A stretch of 64,000 nucleotides of DNA from Octopus sinensis. Its lineage: Eukaryota. Where the stretch lies: positions 23,932,001 to 23,996,000 of the forward strand of contig NC_043006.1 of assembly GCF_006345805.1 (NCBI RefSeq), given 5' to 3'. The position numbers and the translations under genes are program-made. Position 1 is the stretch's first letter; each line of letters starts with the position of its first letter. Shown in pieces: positions 62,100 through 64,000 of the stretch. The notes below the pieces were generated by a model. It had not been told where the DNA came from. It ran no database searches and saw only the letters and a list, made by a program, of their open reading frames with translations.

Positions 62100-64000
62100 T
62101 CTTAAAGATCATGTCGTAGTCCACCATCCAGCAGGGAGGGCGCCTTGCGCGTCGAGATCTTCTCAAGCTGGGCACCTCATTCTCCCCCTCTCCACAATGG
62201 TTGTCCGTCGAAGCGACAATCCTGCGAAGGTCCAAGACGTGTCGCGGCATTCCATCCACAGAGACGTTGTTTCTGGAATTGACCACAGTCACTGTTCCTC
62301 TGCTCCATTGAGACGTACAGCGCGCTTTTGGTGGCTTAACCCAGACTTCCTCCCCTATTTTCTCTTCCTCGTGGCCCTCCGGCGCTTTGCTCGGGTACCT
62401 CCATTCATATTTAAATACAGCTCTCTGCGGCACAGATTCCTCAGCTTGTCCGGATCGGGGAGACAAGTTGTACCAAAAAACTGCTTCAAGCGGCGAAATG
62501 TGCCCTCTTTCCGCTATGGCCTTGACTGTCCGATGGTGCCTCTCTACGATCACGTTACCGCTCGGCCTATACGTTGCTCTGAACAAGCGACGCACCTTCC
62601 ACCGATCAAGCATAAACCCTCAATGCTTCCGAACGAAACGCCGCCCCGTTGTCCATCAGCAGTTCTTCCACGGGACCTCTCTCTAAAAATATCCCGTTCA
62701 AGATCTGCGCGATCTCGTCAGCAATGCCCGTTCTCAACTCCCTCCAAATGGCCAGCCGGCCCGGCCCGCAGTCGACCATGGAGAGATACATTCCCTGACG
62801 GTAGTGCGTCACATCCACAGCTAGCCTTTTCCAGTTGTGCTCCACCGAAAGGTTTCCCTGCTCATGCCCACACGGAGCAGGGTCGATGGACTGACACCTG
62901 TCACAGCTCCCGACCAATTTCCGGATGCTTCTCCTAGTGACTGACGTCAGCATCAAATTTCTTCGCCAGATACAGGGTCCTGTCCACACCCAGGTGATGC
63001 ATAGCATGCAGTCTCTTCAGTTCAGAGTCATCCAACTGACACGCCGCAGCTATCCCTTTCCGGGCCTCCTCCGGTTCTTCCAACCACGCTCTTTTCACCC
63101 TGGTCAGTGCGTCCGTTTTTCTCCGAAGGCACGAAAACCACGTTCAGCTTCAGTCCGAACTCGGCGATCAATTCACCTAGAACTCCTAGACGGCGCTTCA
63201 CTAACATATCCGCGGCACCTTTCGTCCGCACTCTCCTTTCACCGGTGATCACCGATCCTACCCAGCCAAGCACAGTGGCCGAATCCGTCCGGATTTCAAT
63301 TGTGCGCAGCCCCCATTTCAGGGCCAAGTTCACCCCTTTCAGCACCGCATCTTATTCGGCGACATTGATGTGGTTGAAGTCATCTGCTTTCCGAAGCCAG
63401 GCTGCGTCCTCCACCGCAGCGTCTTCGATTGCCAACACAACCCCTATCGCTATACTACTAGCATCACACCAGACGGTCCCGCATTCCGTCTTGGGCACGT
63501 ACCAGTTCCCCCTGACCGTGTCTTCCGCTCTCGTCCTCTCTAGGATTTCCTGCATCATCGCCACCGTACCTTCTCCCACCTTGTCGCCCCAACTCTCCCT
63601 CTCCGCTCGTCTCTTGGTGTAACTGCACGCCGTGCGCAGCCATCCAGCGATCGGGTAGTGACCGACCAACTTCCCACACACCGAGAACAGCTCTCTCCTG
63701 CTGACGCTGGAACTCAGCTCTGGGATTTCATTCCCTCTCCGGAACACCAATTCACCTGATCCATCTCTTCGCAGCTTCATCCCCAGCGCGGCTCCCCCTT
63801 CCATCGACTCCGGTGGCTTCGCAATCAGTCCGAACTTCTCCAGATGACTAACTACCTCGTTGGCTGGCACTACAGTTTCGTCCACCAAAATGTCGTCAAT
63901 GTAGGAGCTGGTAGCCTTTCTAATCTTGCCGTCTTTCCCTAGGACTGACTTAAGCACTGCCGCCATGATCTTCGGAGCGGAATTCAGCCCGAAACCCAGC
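62100..64000 (-). pseudogene. Ty3/Gypsy pol (RT-RNase H-integrase), frameshifted, continuing past the window end
   Basis: FGLNSAP and YIDDILV (RT); WCDASS, INVAE and IRTDS (RNase H); CDRC, AVDVTH, MDNGAAFRS and VERHHRTVK (integrase); split over four ORFs. Confidence 0.95.

Overview
AT-rich, repeat-saturated animal DNA. The SINE families and microsatellite load point to an octopod cephalopod; this is recalled family resemblance, not a database result. No host protein-coding gene can be supported, and most ORF-track entries are microsatellite read-throughs. Recognisable content: two tRNA-derived SINE families in dozens of copies (one forming recurrent head-less multimers), many decayed RTE LINE 3' ends (two with a PHD-like zinc finger), a 5S rRNA pseudogene, Tc1/mariner, hAT and piggyBac-like MITE fragments, a decayed HERO-type (restriction-like endonuclease) retrotransposon interrupted by a CR1 3' end with an 8-bp TSD, and one Ty3/Gypsy element nested in the integrase of another at the right edge. 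The most interesting signal is a set of at least three unrelated short non-coding elements carrying minimal type I hammerhead ribozyme (HHR) folds (5117/11008, 8386/8550, 14956/15041). Two are fold-back insertions with 12-14 bp TSDs, as expected for non-autonomous Penelope-like elements. One family has a compensatory G3-C8 core (GUGAACA instead of CUGAnGA). CpG retention rises sharply at about 41 kb. The 47-50 kb segment looks like unpolished long-read sequence.
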